Below, in pieces: positions 22,343-22,844 of a DNA stretch of 22,844 nucleotides (the stretch's first letter is position 1; each line of letters starts with the position of its first letter). The stretch covers positions 1-22,844 of the forward strand of contig NIVC01005188.1 of the NCBI GenBank assembly GCA_002269645.1, written 5' to 3'. Source of the stretch: Macrostomum lignano. Lineage: Eukaryota. The position numbers were made by a program, and so were the translations under genes. The notes beneath the pieces were generated by a model. It saw only the letters and a list, made by a program, of their open reading frames with translations. It was not told the DNA's origin and made no database searches.

Positions 22343-22700
22343 GGGATGCTAGAATTCGCGCTACTGGATTTTGCGCTAATTGTCTTTTGCACACCAGGAT
22401 TTTGCACCAATCGGATGATTTTAGGCGACTTAAAATTGAATTTGACTGCATCATTTCTCGCGACTTACTTCAAGCGACTAGATTTCGCGCGACGTAGAAT
22501 TTCATGCGACTGGATTTTGCGCGACTGAATTTTGCGCAACTGGATTTTGATCGACTGGATTTAAATCCAGTCGTGTGAAATCCAGTCGCTAGAAAGAAGT
22601 CACGCGCTTCAATTATAGGTCGTGCGATTTCCAGTTGAGCAAATGCAGTTGCTTGAATTCCAGATCGCGCAAAATCCAGTGGCACGAATTCTAGCATCCC
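22343..22700. mobile_element. MITE/foldback element nested in the RTE remnant
   Basis: 34-bp TIRs GGGATGCTAGAATTCGCGCTACTGGATTTTGCGC and GCGCAAAATCCAGTGGCACGAATTCTAGCATCCC (2 mismatches). Internal about 15-bp subrepeats GCGACTGGATTTTGC and a perfect 22-bp palindrome at 22552-22573. GATGTT is duplicated at 22334-22339 and 22705-22710. Confidence 0.9.
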
Positions 22701-22844
22701 GGCTGATGTTAATGGCCACGCTGGAGCAACAGCTAAACAATTGGATCACTCGGCCCGTGGGGCTGCTCCTTGCATTCAGTCTGACAAAAGCGTCCTGTCC
22801 AAGGATGTGCCATCATGCAGCGAGATGGCGACTCCATCTGACAG

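Larger units (their letters stand above)
21611..22844 (+). mobile_element. Decayed, 5'-truncated RTE-clade non-LTR retrotransposon (RT and post-RT region); runs off the window end
   Basis: Plus strand: AFDSV (21614-21628), VP-QQLVDAIISLYGD (to about 21711), then GADGQTTNLARYQQF, VEDEIQR, GLA*TAYQS, ETVLLNNAAETWMLMATLEQQL, GLLLAFS and RWRLHL. Minus strand in between: AVVTAD, GVL, LAPFLFVLLL, LGYADDLTLL (YADD at 21879-21868) and GLFVNM-KTE. Multiple stops and frameshifts. Confidence 0.9.

Overview
Eukaryotic (metazoan, invertebrate-like) genomic DNA; there are no operons, rRNA, intact tRNA or CRISPR arrays. Two protein-coding genes are well supported, both on the minus strand and with no apparent intron in the coding region. 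(1) A noggin-like (nlg) secreted BMP modulator at 9164-10284, with all nine Noggin cysteines, a 112-aa Arg-rich insertion between Cys5 and Cys6, and a one-base frame break between the signal-peptide ORF and the Noggin-domain ORF. (2) A MARCH-type RING-CH, two-TM E3 ubiquitin ligase at 16905-18278, with an unusually long Arg-rich loop inside the RING. The rest is repeat-rich: two foldback/MITE elements with internal subrepeats (68-492 and 22343-22700), a 1.46-kb 15-bp minisatellite, a CT pentamer tract, a hierarchical satellite with a 149-bp higher-order unit, a probable hAT terminus next to a tRNA-like SINE head, and a decayed RTE-clade LINE (21611 to window end). The LINE carries a 386-bp internal inversion of its RT core and a nested MITE, and is preceded by an HDV-ribozyme-like sequence. 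The combination of noggin-like insertion, intronless low-complexity genes and RTE elements suggests a flatworm such as Macrostomum; this is inference only. All family assignments are from recalled motifs, not database searches.
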